Positions 12,311 through 22,311 of a DNA stretch of 64,000 bases are shown here, piece by piece. Each line of letters starts with the position of its first letter. The first letter of the stretch is position 1. The notes below the pieces were generated by a model. It did not search any database. It was given only the letters and a program-made list of their open reading frames with translations, and had not been told where the DNA came from. This DNA is from Candidatus Magasanikiibacteriota bacterium (lineage in GTDB: Bacteria; Patescibacteriota; Patescibacteriia; Magasanikbacterales; UBA922). The translations under genes and the position numbers were made by a program. The stretch is from NCBI GenBank assembly GCA_018652595.1, contig JABIBU010000022.1, forward strand, positions 50,346-114,345, in the 5' to 3' direction.

Positions 12311-13282
12311 ATGCAAGATTGGAATTTAAAAAATAAATTTTTAACAGCTGTAAATACTAACGGTGGATTTGTAAATTGCCATGGACATTTTGATAAAGCC
12401 TTTTTTATCAGTCCAGAGAAATTAGATAATTCTATGCTTGACATGCAAGCTAAGTGGCAATTGAGTGATGATACAAAAAGAAATAGTTCAATTGATGAAA
12501 TAGCTGATAGAATTAGATGTGCTCTTGATATTATGATTGATCAAGGTGTAAAAACAACTCTAAGTTTTATAGATGCTTACTCAGCTGTCGGACAAAAAGC
12601 AGTAATAGCTGCCAATCAAGTTAAACAAGAGTATAAATATAAAATAAATTTTTTAATCGCCCCTCAGCCAATAGGCGGATTACTAGACCCCGAAGAAAGA
12701 AAAATATTTGAACTGGCAGCTAGTAAATCTGACATAGTCGGAGGTCTACCCTCACGAGATCGTCCTTACATACAAAAAAGTTTTGATATTCTTTTTTCTA
12801 TTGCAAAAAAACTAGACAAACCAATACACGTCCACATTGACCAAGAAAATAATCCAGATGAAAGAGACACTGAAACACTGATTTATTATACAAAAAAATA
12901 TGGCTATGAAGGCAGAGTAGTTGCAATTCATGCTGTATCAACTACCACACAACCAAAAAAATATAGAAAGCACTTGTACAAGAAAATGGCAGAACTCAAA
13001 ATAAGTGTGGTTGTTTGCCCGTCAGCAGCGCTTAGCATGAAACCAACAAATAATAAATTATCACCTATTCGTAATTCAATTGCTCCAATTTCAGAAATGA
13101 TAGAAGCTGGAATTACTGTTGGACTAGGCGTAGACAATATATATGATTTTTACCAGCCTTTTGTAGACGGGGATCTATGGTTTGAGACTAGAATGTTGAT
13201 GGAAGCTACTCGCTTTTATGATTTTGAAAAAGTTTTAAAAATTGTAACTGAAAATGGAAAAAAAATATTAAATATTAAATAA
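12311..13282 (+). CDS. Amidohydrolase-superfamily enzyme, cytosine deaminase (CodA)-like, lacking the N-terminal beta-sandwich domain (track start is GTG at 12302)
   Basis: HGHFD metal motif; HIDQENNPDERDTETL...AIHAVS aligns with CodA HCDEIDDEQSRFVETV...ASHTTA; GLGVDNIYDFYQP aligns with CodA GHDDVFDPWYP. Confidence 0.65.
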   Translation: MQDWNLKNKFLTAVNTNGGFVNCHGHFDKAFFISPEKLDNSMLDMQAKWQLSDDTKRNSSIDEIADRIRCALDIMIDQGVKTTLSFIDAYSAVGQKAVIAANQVKQEYKYKINFLIAPQPIGGLLDPEERKIFELAASKSDIVGGLPSRDRPYIQKSFDILFSIAKKLDKPIHVHIDQENNPDERDTETLIYYTKKYGYEGRVVAIHAVSTTTQPKKYRKHLYKKMAELKISVVVCPSAALSMKPTNNKLSPIRNSIAPISEMIEAGITVGLGVDNIYDFYQPFVDGDLWFETRMLMEATRFYDFEKVLKIVTENGKKILNIK

Positions 13283-13301
13283 TATAATTATTAAATAAAA
13301 T

Positions 13302-14939
13302 ATGGAACAAGACAAAAATACATATGCCCATATCGCCTCATATGAGCCAAAAAACAAAGAAGAGGTAAAAAAAGTAGTATTATTATATTCCGGTGGATTA
13401 GATACTTCGGTAATGCTCAAATGGATTAAAGATTTTTATGAAGCAGAAGTAATTGCTCTGTGTATTGATATTGGACAGCAGGTAGATGATTTGGATGCAA
13501 TAAAACAAAAAGCATTGGATTTGGGAGCAATAAAATCAATTGTCATTGACGCAAAAGACGAATTTGCTGATAAATACATCTCTCGTGGCATAAAAGCCAA
13601 TGGTCATTATCAGGGTGACTACAACTTAAGCACCCCAATAGGCAGACCACTCTTAGCAAAATTGGCTGTCCAGGTGGCCATGGAAGAAAAAGCCGACACT
13701 ATTGCTCATGGCTGTACTGGCAAGGGCAATGATCAAGTCAGAATTGAAGGTACTGTAGTTACCTTGAACCCAGATTTAAAAGTTATTGCCCCAGTAAGAG
13801 AATGGGGGATGGGTCGTGATGAGGAAATTGAATATGCCAAAAAGCATAATATTCCTATCCCCCACACAATTGACAAATCATATTCGTCTGACGACAATAT
13901 GTGGGGAGTAACCAGCGAAGGTGGTGAAATAGAAAATCCAGAACTTGTCCCACCAATGAAAAAAATTCTTCAGGTCTGCACACATCCGGCTGACGCACCA
14001 GACGAAGAAGAGTTGGTTGAAATTGAATTTGTCAAAGGTATTCCCACAGCTCTCAATAACGAGGAAATGAAATTAAGCGAACTTATTATAAAATTGAACA
14101 AGTTGTCCGGCAGACACGGTATTGGTATTGCCCACCATATTGAAGATCGAATCGTAGGTCTAAAAGTTAGAGGCATTTATGAACAACCGGCTGCTCACAC
14201 AATTATAAAAGCTCACAAAGAATTGGAAAAATACGTTTGCACTCGACACGAAAATAAATTCAAAGAATTAGTTGATCAGGAATGGGCATATCTTTGTTAC
14301 GGTGCTTTGTGGTTTGAACCGTTGATGAAAGATCTGTCAGGTTTTATAGACACCATGAATGAAAAGGTGAACGGAAAAGTAACTCTGCGCCTATTCAAGG
14401 GCCACTGCGACACAGTTGCACTAAAAACTCCAGACGCTCTATTTGACGAAAAACTAGCCACATTCATGAAGGATGACCTATTCAATCAAAATGCATCATC
14501 GGGCTTTATTGAACTATGGACCTTGCAAATGAAGATGGCAAAACAAAGCAAAAAGAATGTTCTACTTACTATAGGCGGACAAGAAAACAAAGAAGGTCTT
14601 CTCCCAGAAATAAAAGCACTTGAAAAATTGAATTGTGTGCTGTATGCTACCGAACATACGAGTGAATTCTTGGATAAGCACGGAGTCAAAAATCGGATGG
14701 TTTATAAGATATCCAATGGCGATTCTGAAAAAAGACCTAATATAGCAACACTACTAAGAGAAAGAAGATTTGATCTTATCATAAATATTCCCTCAGCCGA
14801 AAGAAACTTTACAACCGACACAGATGGTGAAAAAATTCGTGAATTAAGCATAAAAAGCAACGTGCCTTTGGTAACAAATATAGACGTTGCCAAACATACT
14901 ATCACTCAATTGCAAGATGTAATAGAAAACAAAATGTAA
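13302..14939 (+). CDS. argG: Argininosuccinate synthase fused to a C-terminal CarB-type MGS-like (allosteric) domain
   Basis: LYSGGLDTSV PP-loop, GCTGKGNDQVR, RGIYEQPAAHTII collinear with human-type ArgG; last ~130 aa (ATEHTSEFLDKHGV...RRFDLIINIPSA...) aligns to the CarB C-terminal MGS-like domain. Confidence 0.8.
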   Translation: MEQDKNTYAHIASYEPKNKEEVKKVVLLYSGGLDTSVMLKWIKDFYEAEVIALCIDIGQQVDDLDAIKQKALDLGAIKSIVIDAKDEFADKYISRGIKANGHYQGDYNLSTPIGRPLLAKLAVQVAMEEKADTIAHGCTGKGNDQVRIEGTVVTLNPDLKVIAPVREWGMGRDEEIEYAKKHNIPIPHTIDKSYSSDDNMWGVTSEGGEIENPELVPPMKKILQVCTHPADAPDEEELVEIEFVKGIPTALNNEEMKLSELIIKLNKLSGRHGIGIAHHIEDRIVGLKVRGIYEQPAAHTIIKAHKELEKYVCTRHENKFKELVDQEWAYLCYGALWFEPLMKDLSGFIDTMNEKVNGKVTLRLFKGHCDTVALKTPDALFDEKLATFMKDDLFNQNASSGFIELWTLQMKMAKQSKKNVLLTIGGQENKEGLLPEIKALEKLNCVLYATEHTSEFLDKHGVKNRMVYKISNGDSEKRPNIATLLRERRFDLIINIPSAERNFTTDTDGEKIRELSIKSNVPLVTNIDVAKHTITQLQDVIENKM

Positions 14940-14945
14940 TAATAC

Positions 14946-15860
14946 ATGTCTAAATTAAAAACCAGATTCCTAGACAAAGAATTCAAAAACCCCATTGTCC
15001 TTGCATCGGGCATCTTAGGGTTAACCGCGGCCAGCATGAACAATGCGGTGAATAATGGGTGTGGTGGTGTGACTGTAAAATCTGTTTCCAAAGATGCTAG
15101 ACCCGGACACCCAAATCCTACTATGACCGGCACTGATCATTATTTTATCAATGCGGTTGGGCTATCTAATCCAAGTGTGGCCGAAGGAATAAAAGAATTT
15201 GCAAAATTTAAGGAGATGACTAATGCGCCTTTGGTTGGTAGTATTTTTGCTGGAACACCAGATGAATTTGCTGAGGTAACTGAAATAATTTGTCAGTCCC
15301 CGATTGATTTTTTGGAAGTAAATGTTTCTTGCCCAAATGTAAGCAAAGAATTTGGCACACCTTTTGCTTACGATACCAAAGCGGTTGAGGTAATTACAAA
15401 AAAAGTAAAAGAAAAATCCACTGTACCAGTTATAATAAAACTTACTCCCCAAGCTTGGAACGTGGCTGAGATTGCAAAAGTAGCAGAAGATGCTGGCGCT
15501 GATGCTATTTGCGCTGGAAATACTATTTCTGGCATGGCAATAGATATCAGAGCAAGGAAGCCAGTGTTACACAACAAACAAGGTGGTGTATCTGGCCCTG
15601 CTTTATTTCCTGTGGCTTTGAAGGCTGTTTATGATATTTATAAAACTGTAAAAATCCCAATCATCGGCACTGGTGGAATTACCACAGGCGAAGATGCCAT
15701 CGCCATGGTTATGGCTGGGGCAAGCTTACTAGGTGTTGGTTCTGCAGTCTACTATCGAGGACAAGATGTATTTGAAAAAATAAATAATGAAATGACAGAA
15801 TTCATGAAAAAAGAAAATATAAATTCACTTGAAGAAATTAGAGGAATAGCTCATAAATAA
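14946..15860 (+). CDS. pyrD: Dihydroorotate dehydrogenase catalytic subunit (class 1B)
   Basis: NPIVLASGILG, ...GGVSGPALFPVALK..., TGGITTGEDA motifs. Confidence 0.88.
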   Translation: MSKLKTRFLDKEFKNPIVLASGILGLTAASMNNAVNNGCGGVTVKSVSKDARPGHPNPTMTGTDHYFINAVGLSNPSVAEGIKEFAKFKEMTNAPLVGSIFAGTPDEFAEVTEIICQSPIDFLEVNVSCPNVSKEFGTPFAYDTKAVEVITKKVKEKSTVPVIIKLTPQAWNVAEIAKVAEDAGADAICAGNTISGMAIDIRARKPVLHNKQGGVSGPALFPVALKAVYDIYKTVKIPIIGTGGITTGEDAIAMVMAGASLLGVGSAVYYRGQDVFEKINNEMTEFMKKENINSLEEIRGIAHK

Positions 15861-15861
15861 T

Positions 15862-16698
15862 ATGGAAAATAATAATCCACAATTTATTCCGATATCAAAA
15901 ATAGTTGAAGAAGCCCAAGATATTAAAACTTTTTATTTTGAACATAGTTTAAATTCCAAACCAGGACAATTTATAATGCTTTGGGTACCAGAGCATGACC
16001 AGAAGCCATTTTCTATTGCGTATGATGATGGTAAATCTTTTGGTCTAACTTTTTTCAAACGTGGCCCAACCACGACAAAACTTTTTGATATGAAAGTTGG
16101 TGAAAGAGTTGGGATTGAAGGTCCGTTTGGCACGAGCTTTTCTCGTAAACCCGATACTCACTACATCATGGTCGCTGGAGGTTATGGTGCGGCACCGTTG
16201 GGGTTCTTGGCAGAATCGCTTTTGTCTCCCCCTGCCGGAGGGGGAGATGCCCGCAGGGCAGAGGGGGTGGGAGTAGACTTCTGTGTTGGTGCTAGAAATA
16301 AAGATTTAGTTTTATTTAAAAACAGAATAGAAAAAATTCCAAATACAAAACTTCATATCGCGACAGACGACGGTAGCGAAGGACATAAAGGATACATCAC
16401 TGATATATTATCAAACTTAATTGATAGCGCTGAAAAAAAAGTATTAGTTGTCACTTGTGGTCCAGAACTTATGGAAAAAAAGATTTTGAATATCTGTAAT
16501 GAAAAAAATACCGATTGCGAAATAAGCATTGAGAGATATATGAAATGTGGAGTTGGTATTTGCGGACAGTGCGCAGTTGACCCAATTGGAATTTGCATGT
16601 GTAAAGAAGGTCCAGTAGTAAAACGCGAACTGGCCAATAAAATAACTGAGTTTGGAAAATACCATCGCGATAAAAGTGGAAAAATTATTTATTTTTAA
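15862..16698 (+). CDS. pyrK: Dihydroorotate dehydrogenase electron-transfer subunit with a GC-rich in-frame insertion
   Basis: FAD/NAD-binding fold, C-terminal 2Fe-2S Cys cluster CGVGICGQCAV, adjacent to pyrD. Confidence 0.85.
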   Translation: MENNNPQFIPISKIVEEAQDIKTFYFEHSLNSKPGQFIMLWVPEHDQKPFSIAYDDGKSFGLTFFKRGPTTTKLFDMKVGERVGIEGPFGTSFSRKPDTHYIMVAGGYGAAPLGFLAESLLSPPAGGGDARRAEGVGVDFCVGARNKDLVLFKNRIEKIPNTKLHIATDDGSEGHKGYITDILSNLIDSAEKKVLVVTCGPELMEKKILNICNEKNTDCEISIERYMKCGVGICGQCAVDPIGICMCKEGPVVKRELANKITEFGKYHRDKSGKIIYF

Positions 16699-16708
16699 TT
16701 TAAAAAAT

Positions 16709-17302
16709 ATGAAAGATTTAACACTAAAACTACACGAGATAGACGCGATTAAATTCGGAGAATTCAAACTCAAAAGCGGTATCATATCACCAATTTATAT
16801 TGACTTACGTGTGACAGTCTCCTATCCAAAAGTTTTGAAAATGGTTGCAGGTGCAATGTGGGAAAGAGTGAATAATATAAATTTTGACTTACTCTGTGGA
16901 GTACCCTACACTGCACTACCTTTTGCAACGGTTATGTCTGCAGAACATGATAAACCAATGGTCATGCGCCGCAAAGAAGTAAAAGGCTATGGAACTCGAA
17001 AAGCAATAGAGGGTTATTTTGAAAATGGACAAAATTGTCTCATTGTCGAAGATTTGATAACTAGTGGATCAAGTGTGTTTGAAACTATCGAACCGTTAGA
17101 GCATGAGGGATTAAAAATAACTGACATCGTAGTCCTGGTAGATCGTGAACAAGGCGGTAAAAAACATATTGAAGGCAAAGGATACAATCTACACTCCGTC
17201 TTAACAATTTCACAAGTCTTGGAAACGCTAGAGGTAGAAGAAAAACTAGACAGTGAAATGGTAAGCAAAGTAAAAGAATTTATCACCTCTAACCAAGTTT
17301 AA
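16709..17302 (+). CDS. pyrE: Orotate phosphoribosyltransferase (track ORF starts at 16652 overlapping pyrK; ATG MKDLTLK at 16709 more likely)
   Basis: [30 protein letters not shown]-binding motif. Confidence 0.88.
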   Translation: MKDLTLKLHEIDAIKFGEFKLKSGIISPIYIDLRVTVSYPKVLKMVAGAMWERVNNINFDLLCGVPYTALPFATVMSAEHDKPMVMRRKEVKGYGTRKAIEGYFENGQNCLIVEDLITSGSSVFETIEPLEHEGLKITDIVVLVDREQGGKKHIEGKGYNLHSVLTISQVLETLEVEEKLDSEMVSKVKEFITSNQV

Positions 17303-17303
17303 T

Positions 17304-18068
17304 ATGCAAACATACAAACAACGCGCTGAACTCTGTTCAAATCCTACCGCTCACAGACTTTTTAAACTAATGGAAGAAAAGCAAACCAATTTGGCAATTG
17401 CGGCCGATGTAATATCAAAACAAGAGTTAATAAAAATTGCCGACGAACTTGGGCCTGAAATTTGTGTACTAAAAACTCATATAGATATTATAGAAGACTT
17501 TGATGACGACCTAGTAATACAATTGCAAAGACTATCCGAAAAACATAACTTCTTACTTTTTGAAGATAGGAAATTTGCTGACATCGGCAACACAGTAAAA
17601 CACCAATATGAAAATGGGGTCTACCATATTGCAGACTGGGCCGATATTACCAATGCTCACACTGTACCAGGACCAGGAGTTATCGAAGGGTTGAAAGAAG
17701 TCGGACTCAGGAAAGGACGGGGGCTTCTGCTCCTTGCTGAGATGAGCCCAAAAGGAAATCTGGCCACTGGTAGCTATACTGAGGCCAGCCTAAAGATGGC
17801 AGAGGAGCACAAAGACTTTGTTATAGGTTTTATAACAATGAAAAAATTACTTGATGATCCTTGTTTTATAAATATGACTCCGGGCGTAAAGCTCGTCCAA
17901 GGTGGAGATGCACTAGGTCAGCAATATAATACACCAGAAAAAGTGATCAAGGAGCAGGGTAGCGATATAATAATTGTAGGCCGAGGAATTTATCAAGCAG
18001 ACGATCCACTAGCCGAAGCAAAAAAATACCGAGAAGCTGGCTGGCAGGCATATCAAAATAGATTGTAA
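17304..18068 (+). CDS. pyrF: Orotidine-5'-phosphate decarboxylase (long/eukaryote-like form)
   Basis: LAIAADV...LKTHIDII...GRGIY motifs, 254 aa. Confidence 0.85.
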   Translation: MQTYKQRAELCSNPTAHRLFKLMEEKQTNLAIAADVISKQELIKIADELGPEICVLKTHIDIIEDFDDDLVIQLQRLSEKHNFLLFEDRKFADIGNTVKHQYENGVYHIADWADITNAHTVPGPGVIEGLKEVGLRKGRGLLLLAEMSPKGNLATGSYTEASLKMAEEHKDFVIGFITMKKLLDDPCFINMTPGVKLVQGGDALGQQYNTPEKVIKEQGSDIIIVGRGIYQADDPLAEAKKYREAGWQAYQNRL

Positions 18069-18079
18069 AATAATAATTA

Positions 18080-18120
18080 AAAAAGTAGAAACGTGCCATG
18101 ACACGTCTCTACTTTTTTAA
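18080..18120. terminator. Bidirectional terminator between pyrF and a convergent gene
   Basis: agtagaaacgt/acgtctctact stem flanked by A- and T-runs. Confidence 0.65.
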
Positions 18121-18127
18121 TTATTAT

Positions 18128-18823
18128 TTAGTGTGGCAACTGATCAATCATTTTCTTAAAATCCTGCACATCCTGCTTACTGAACCCAACTTTACCTTTA
18201 TCTTTCTTAATTTGTTTTTTCATACTCTTTCTTACCAATCTACCAAAAGATCCGCCAGTTGGTAATTTACTTGCATGAGAATCAATCAGTTGTAAAATAT
18301 ATTCTCTGTCTTTCGCACTTAAATTCTTATAGGTCGCCGGGCTTTTCATTACAGCCCGACGCAATTTCATCTTCATGCCCTGTGTACCGCTCATACGGCT
18401 TAATTTTCCAGTGCTAAATCCAGCCTTCTCAACAGCTTTACCATAAACATCTTTAGCTCCTGTTTCTGCATTTTTCAAAGCTTCAGCCTTTTCTTTTGCT
18501 TGTCTAGCTTTTACCATTCTACGAATATAATTATATCGCAACTCATCTCTCTCTTGATCTCCCATATTTTCTCTGGACAGTGATTCATCAACTTCGGCAG
18601 GTCTACTAATAGATGTTGTGGCTTTCTGACCAATTCCTTCTGGGTGTGTAATTGAAGTACTTATTTTTGTGCTTTCACCCATAGCCCGACTCATAGAAGT
18701 TTTAGCTCTCTTAATTGAATCCCTACCCAAATGGGTAGTAGAAAAACTCTGAGCTCTTCCTGACTGTGATGAGCCAGAAGTCTTATTAAAAATTGGTAAG
18801 TTTTTTAGAGGTCCGATTGGCAT
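18128..18823 (-). CDS. Hypothetical basic, low-complexity protein (231 aa)
   Basis: Long ORF with S/T/K/R-rich disordered composition; no recognisable domain. Confidence 0.5.
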   Translation of the reverse strand: MPIGPLKNLPIFNKTSGSSQSGRAQSFSTTHLGRDSIKRAKTSMSRAMGESTKISTSITHPEGIGQKATTSISRPAEVDESLSRENMGDQERDELRYNYIRRMVKARQAKEKAEALKNAETGAKDVYGKAVEKAGFSTGKLSRMSGTQGMKMKLRRAVMKSPATYKNLSAKDREYILQLIDSHASKLPTGGSFGRLVRKSMKKQIKKDKGKVGFSKQDVQDFKKMIDQLPH

Positions 18824-18839
18824 AATATAAATTTAATAA

Positions 18840-19820
18840 CTATTTTTCACTTAAAAAATCTTTTACTAGCTTCTCTGCTTTTTTATAATCCTTACACCAT
18901 TTAATTCTATCATCTCTCTTGAACCAGGTAAGTTGGCGCTTTGAATAACGACGAGTATCACGTTTTAATAATTCAATTGCCCTATCCAAATCATACTCAC
19001 CATCAAAATATCCCTTGAACTGACCATAGCCAATACCGCTCATGCTAGATAGTCCCCAACCATACTTTTGCTTTACTAGACCTTCCACTTCTTTCAAAAG
19101 TCCCAACTTCATCATTTCATCCACGCGACTGTTAATTCTTTTGTATAAAACTTCACGAGGTGTGTCTATTCCAATTTGCAAGACATCAAAAATAGGCTCG
19201 CCTTTTATTTGTTGCTCTGAAAAAGGTGTGCCACTGAGAATACAGACTTCCAAAGCCCTAATTATTCTTCTCGTATTATTTGAATCAACATTATTAGCCG
19301 ACTTTGGATCCAAAGCTTTCAACAATTTCATCAACTCTTGATTGCTTTTGTCTTTCAAGCTTTTTCTTAGCTTCCTATTTGGAGCCACACTTGGTATTTT
19401 CAAATTATCAACCAAAGAATGAATATAAAGCCCTGTACCGCCAGCCACTATCGGAATCCTTCCGTTCTTATGTGCTGTTTTGGACCACTTAACAGCCTTG
19501 TCCCTAAACTCCGGTACTGCAAAATTCTTTCCTGGATCCAAAAAATCAATCAAATGGTGTGGAACACCTTCTACATAGTAAGTCTTACGCAAACCGTCTC
19601 TTTTCCACTCACCCTTAGCTTTGGCAGTGCCTATGTTCATTTTTTTGAAAATCTGCCTAGAATCAGCAGAGATAATTTCACCATCAAACTTCTTTGCCAA
19701 TTTCAAACCCCAAGTGGTCTTCCCACCTGCTGTTGGGCCTAATATTACAATCAGTTTGGGTAATTTTCTTGTTTCTTTACGCATAAAGCATTGATTTCGC
19801 AGATTATTTACTGATTCCAC
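18840..19820 (-). CDS. miaA: tRNA dimethylallyltransferase
   Basis: P-loop GPTAGGKT, IISADSRQIFK, VAGGTGLYI motifs. Confidence 0.9.
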   Translation of the reverse strand: MESVNNLRNQCFMRKETRKLPKLIVILGPTAGGKTTWGLKLAKKFDGEIISADSRQIFKKMNIGTAKAKGEWKRDGLRKTYYVEGVPHHLIDFLDPGKNFAVPEFRDKAVKWSKTAHKNGRIPIVAGGTGLYIHSLVDNLKIPSVAPNRKLRKSLKDKSNQELMKLLKALDPKSANNVDSNNTRRIIRALEVCILSGTPFSEQQIKGEPIFDVLQIGIDTPREVLYKRINSRVDEMMKLGLLKEVEGLVKQKYGWGLSSMSGIGYGQFKGYFDGEYDLDRAIELLKRDTRRYSKRQLTWFKRDDRIKWCKDYKKAEKLVKDFLSEK

Positions 19821-20268
19821 TGAATTTCTTGTAATTTTTATAGTTAGCCAAACGTTTTACTTCTAAACTTTGGTTATTAAAATTTATGAGTAATCCTATT
19901 TCCAAGCCACTTGCTTTTAAATAGGATATAGTTTGAGTTTGAAATATTTTTGGCATCTCTCCTACTACCGCCTTTAGTTCAATTATGACCCTATTTTCTA
20001 CTACCAAATCTACTCGAAAAATTCCAATCCAAACATCTTCAAAATGTATATTATATTCTTTCTCACTCTCGATAGATATACCTTCTCTATCTAGAGCGAC
20101 TATCATTGCCTGATGATATACTTTTTCTGGAAAACCAGGGCCAATCTCACAATGTATTTTCATGGCAACACCAATTATTTGCCCTGTTAACTCACTCTCT
20201 TTATACATAATCTGTGAAATCTTTTTATAATCAATATAATCAATGCTATTATACCATATCCCCCTCAA
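19804..20268 (-). CDS. GxxExxY-family (PD-(D/E)xK-nuclease-like, PF13366-type) small protein wedged between miaA and miaB
   Basis: GPGFPEKVY motif and overall ~130-aa GxxExxY architecture; overlaps both neighbours at the track boundaries (start may be the internal M at ~20208). Confidence 0.6.
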   Translation of the reverse strand: MRGIWYNSIDYIDYKKISQIMYKESELTGQIIGVAMKIHCEIGPGFPEKVYHQAMIVALDREGISIESEKEYNIHFEDVWIGIFRVDLVVENRVIIELKAVVGEMPKIFQTQTISYLKASGLEIGLLINFNNQSLEVKRLANYKNYKKFSGISK

Positions 20269-21628
20269 GAAGCCATGTGTCGGCTTTTTTGATTTTTACT
20301 TCGACAATCTTACCAACCAAAGATTTATCACCAGAAAAATGAGTAAGTCTCATCTCACTGGAATTACCGGCACAAATCCCATCTTTGTATCTTTCTACCA
20401 ATACTGAGGCTGTCTTGCCGATAAATTTTTGATTTTTCTTGTAAGTAATTTCTTTCATCAGGTCTTGCAACACAAACCAGCGTCGTTTCTTTTCTTCAAT
20501 GCTTACATCGTCCTTAAAAGCCTTGTCTGCTACAGTACCAGAGCGCGTAGAGTATTTTGCTGGATAAGAAATATCAAAATCACATTCCTTATACATATCT
20601 ACAGTATCTTGAAATTCTTTTAAACTCTCACCACAAAATCCTACAATAATATCTGTGCCAATAGAAATACCTGGCTTTTTGGCTTTAATTTTCTTTATAA
20701 GATCAATAAAAAACTCCCGGTCATGTTTGCGATTCATTTTTCTAAGTACTTCTGTACTACCAGACTGAACCGGCAGATGAAGAAAGTTTATTTGCTTTGG
20801 AAGTGTAAGTGCGTCAATCACCTCATCATCCATATATATTGGATGCGGACCAGTCCAATGAATTCTCTCTATTCCTTCAACCTGATTTACCTCCCAAAGT
20901 AATTTGGCAAAATCATTTTTGCTATATTTATTTTCTTTAGAAAAAAATTCAGGGTCTAATGCCACGTAATGATTTACAATCTCACCTAGCAAAGTTATTT
21001 CTTTGCAGCCATTTTTTGCTAGTTTTTTTATTTCTTCCAAAATATCTTGCAAAGGTCTGTTTTTTTCTCTGCCTCTGGCATAAGGCACAGCACAATATGT
21101 ACAAAAATGATCACACCCAGTCTGGATAGGAATAAAAGCTTGAAAATCATTTTTATACTTTGGTGTAATTTTTAAGTATTCGCTATCTAAACCCAGCACC
21201 AATTTATCATCTGTAGATAATAAATTGGTGCTGGCTAAATTTATTTTTCTAAAATCAGGATTCAATTTGCACAACATGTCAGGAAGTTTTACCATGTCTG
21301 CCGTTGGAAAATATAGATCAACCTTTTGTAATTTTTTAAAAAGCTTTTTATCCTTGTCTCGACCAGGCATACAGCCAGTCACAGCCACAATTAAATTTGG
21401 TTTATTTTTCTTAAGCTTTGCAAAGTTTCGTGCACCACCAAATATGCGGTCTTCTGCACTATCGCGCACTGAACAACTATTCATAATTATCACATCAGCC
21501 TCTTCTGGTGTACCAACCTTTTCCAAACCCATATTACACAAAACAGACTCCATGCGTTCGCTGTCGTTCTTATTCATCTGACATCCAAAAGTAATTATAT
21601 TGTATTTATATTGCATATATTTATTCAT
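20249..21628 (-). CDS. miaB: tRNA-i6A37 methylthiotransferase (radical SAM)
   Basis: ITFGCQMNKNDSE MTTase N-domain, CxxxCxxC radical-SAM cluster (CDHFCTYC), TRAM C-terminus. Confidence 0.9.
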   Translation of the reverse strand: MNKYMQYKYNIITFGCQMNKNDSERMESVLCNMGLEKVGTPEEADVIIMNSCSVRDSAEDRIFGGARNFAKLKKNKPNLIVAVTGCMPGRDKDKKLFKKLQKVDLYFPTADMVKLPDMLCKLNPDFRKINLASTNLLSTDDKLVLGLDSEYLKITPKYKNDFQAFIPIQTGCDHFCTYCAVPYARGREKNRPLQDILEEIKKLAKNGCKEITLLGEIVNHYVALDPEFFSKENKYSKNDFAKLLWEVNQVEGIERIHWTGPHPIYMDDEVIDALTLPKQINFLHLPVQSGSTEVLRKMNRKHDREFFIDLIKKIKAKKPGISIGTDIIVGFCGESLKEFQDTVDMYKECDFDISYPAKYSTRSGTVADKAFKDDVSIEEKKRRWFVLQDLMKEITYKKNQKFIGKTASVLVERYKDGICAGNSSEMRLTHFSGDKSLVGKIVEVKIKKADTWLLEGDMV

Positions 21629-21795
21629 CCCTACCCTGAACTGACTGAATGATAATGAAGTCTAGTTCAGGGTGACAACCAAATGTTATAACATGATACT
21701 TATAACTCATAGTACACCCATTATATAGAAATTTGATAAAAAATCAAGCCTTACACCCAAAAAAGAAGAAACGCAGGCCTGTTGGGCTCGCGCTT

Positions 21796-22206
21796 CTAAC
21801 TCCTCGAAAACAGACTCACCACCTTTGCGGGTGGCTGGTCCGTCTTCCCGTTGTTTGTTGTAGAGGGTCCGCACCCCCGAAGGAACGACACACTGGTTAA
21901 ATCCTCGCCCTTTTTATACCACTCTTCCACGGTAAAGACGAGGGCAAAATCCCCAACATGATCTGGGAAACGACTTCGTGGAGTGGTTATATCTAGATAT
22001 ACCAACTCCAAGAGAGTCACTTTTTGCCCCAGATAAACAAAGGAGGGGTCTTGTCTTATTGCTGACTCGACCCACTTTTTCACATCTGCTTCACTGGGAA
22101 CATGACCATCTCCTGCCTCAAACAGGAGTTGCAACAGAGGACCATCCCGATCCTCACATGTTTTTTGATACCCCCAACTTTGGAGGTGTTCCAAGATTGC
22201 GCTCAT
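21796..22206 (-). CDS. Orphan small protein in higher-GC islet C (136 aa)
   Basis: About 50% GC; perfect AAGGAGGTG SD 8 nt before the ATG; TTGACA-N17-TATATT promoter. Confidence 0.55.
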   Translation of the reverse strand: MSAILEHLQSWGYQKTCEDRDGPLLQLLFEAGDGHVPSEADVKKWVESAIRQDPSFVYLGQKVTLLELVYLDITTPRSRFPDHVGDFALVFTVEEWYKKGEDLTSVSFLRGCGPSTTNNGKTDQPPAKVVSLFSRS

Positions 22207-22235
22207 AGCACACCTCCTTGATTTTGGGGAACATT

Positions 22236-22311
22236 ATAATATAGCGCACTTTCTTGGCTTTGTCAAGCCAAAAACTTGACAAAACTGTGGAAAAGTGCTA
22301 TACTATAGCAT
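22236..22311. promoter_or_regulatory. Divergent sigma70-like promoters with overlapping palindromic -35 region (TTTGTCAAG-N7-CTTGACAAA)
   Basis: Plus: TTGACA(22276-81)-N17-TATACT(22299-304). Minus: TTGACA(rc 22261-66)-N17-TATATT(rc 22238-43). Confidence 0.6.

Noticed and set aside
12193-12335. Short plus-strand ORF (about 48 codons) upstream of the CodA-like gene
   Set aside because: Low-complexity, runs through the terminator-like hairpin and into the downstream gene in another frame; no SD; likely not coding
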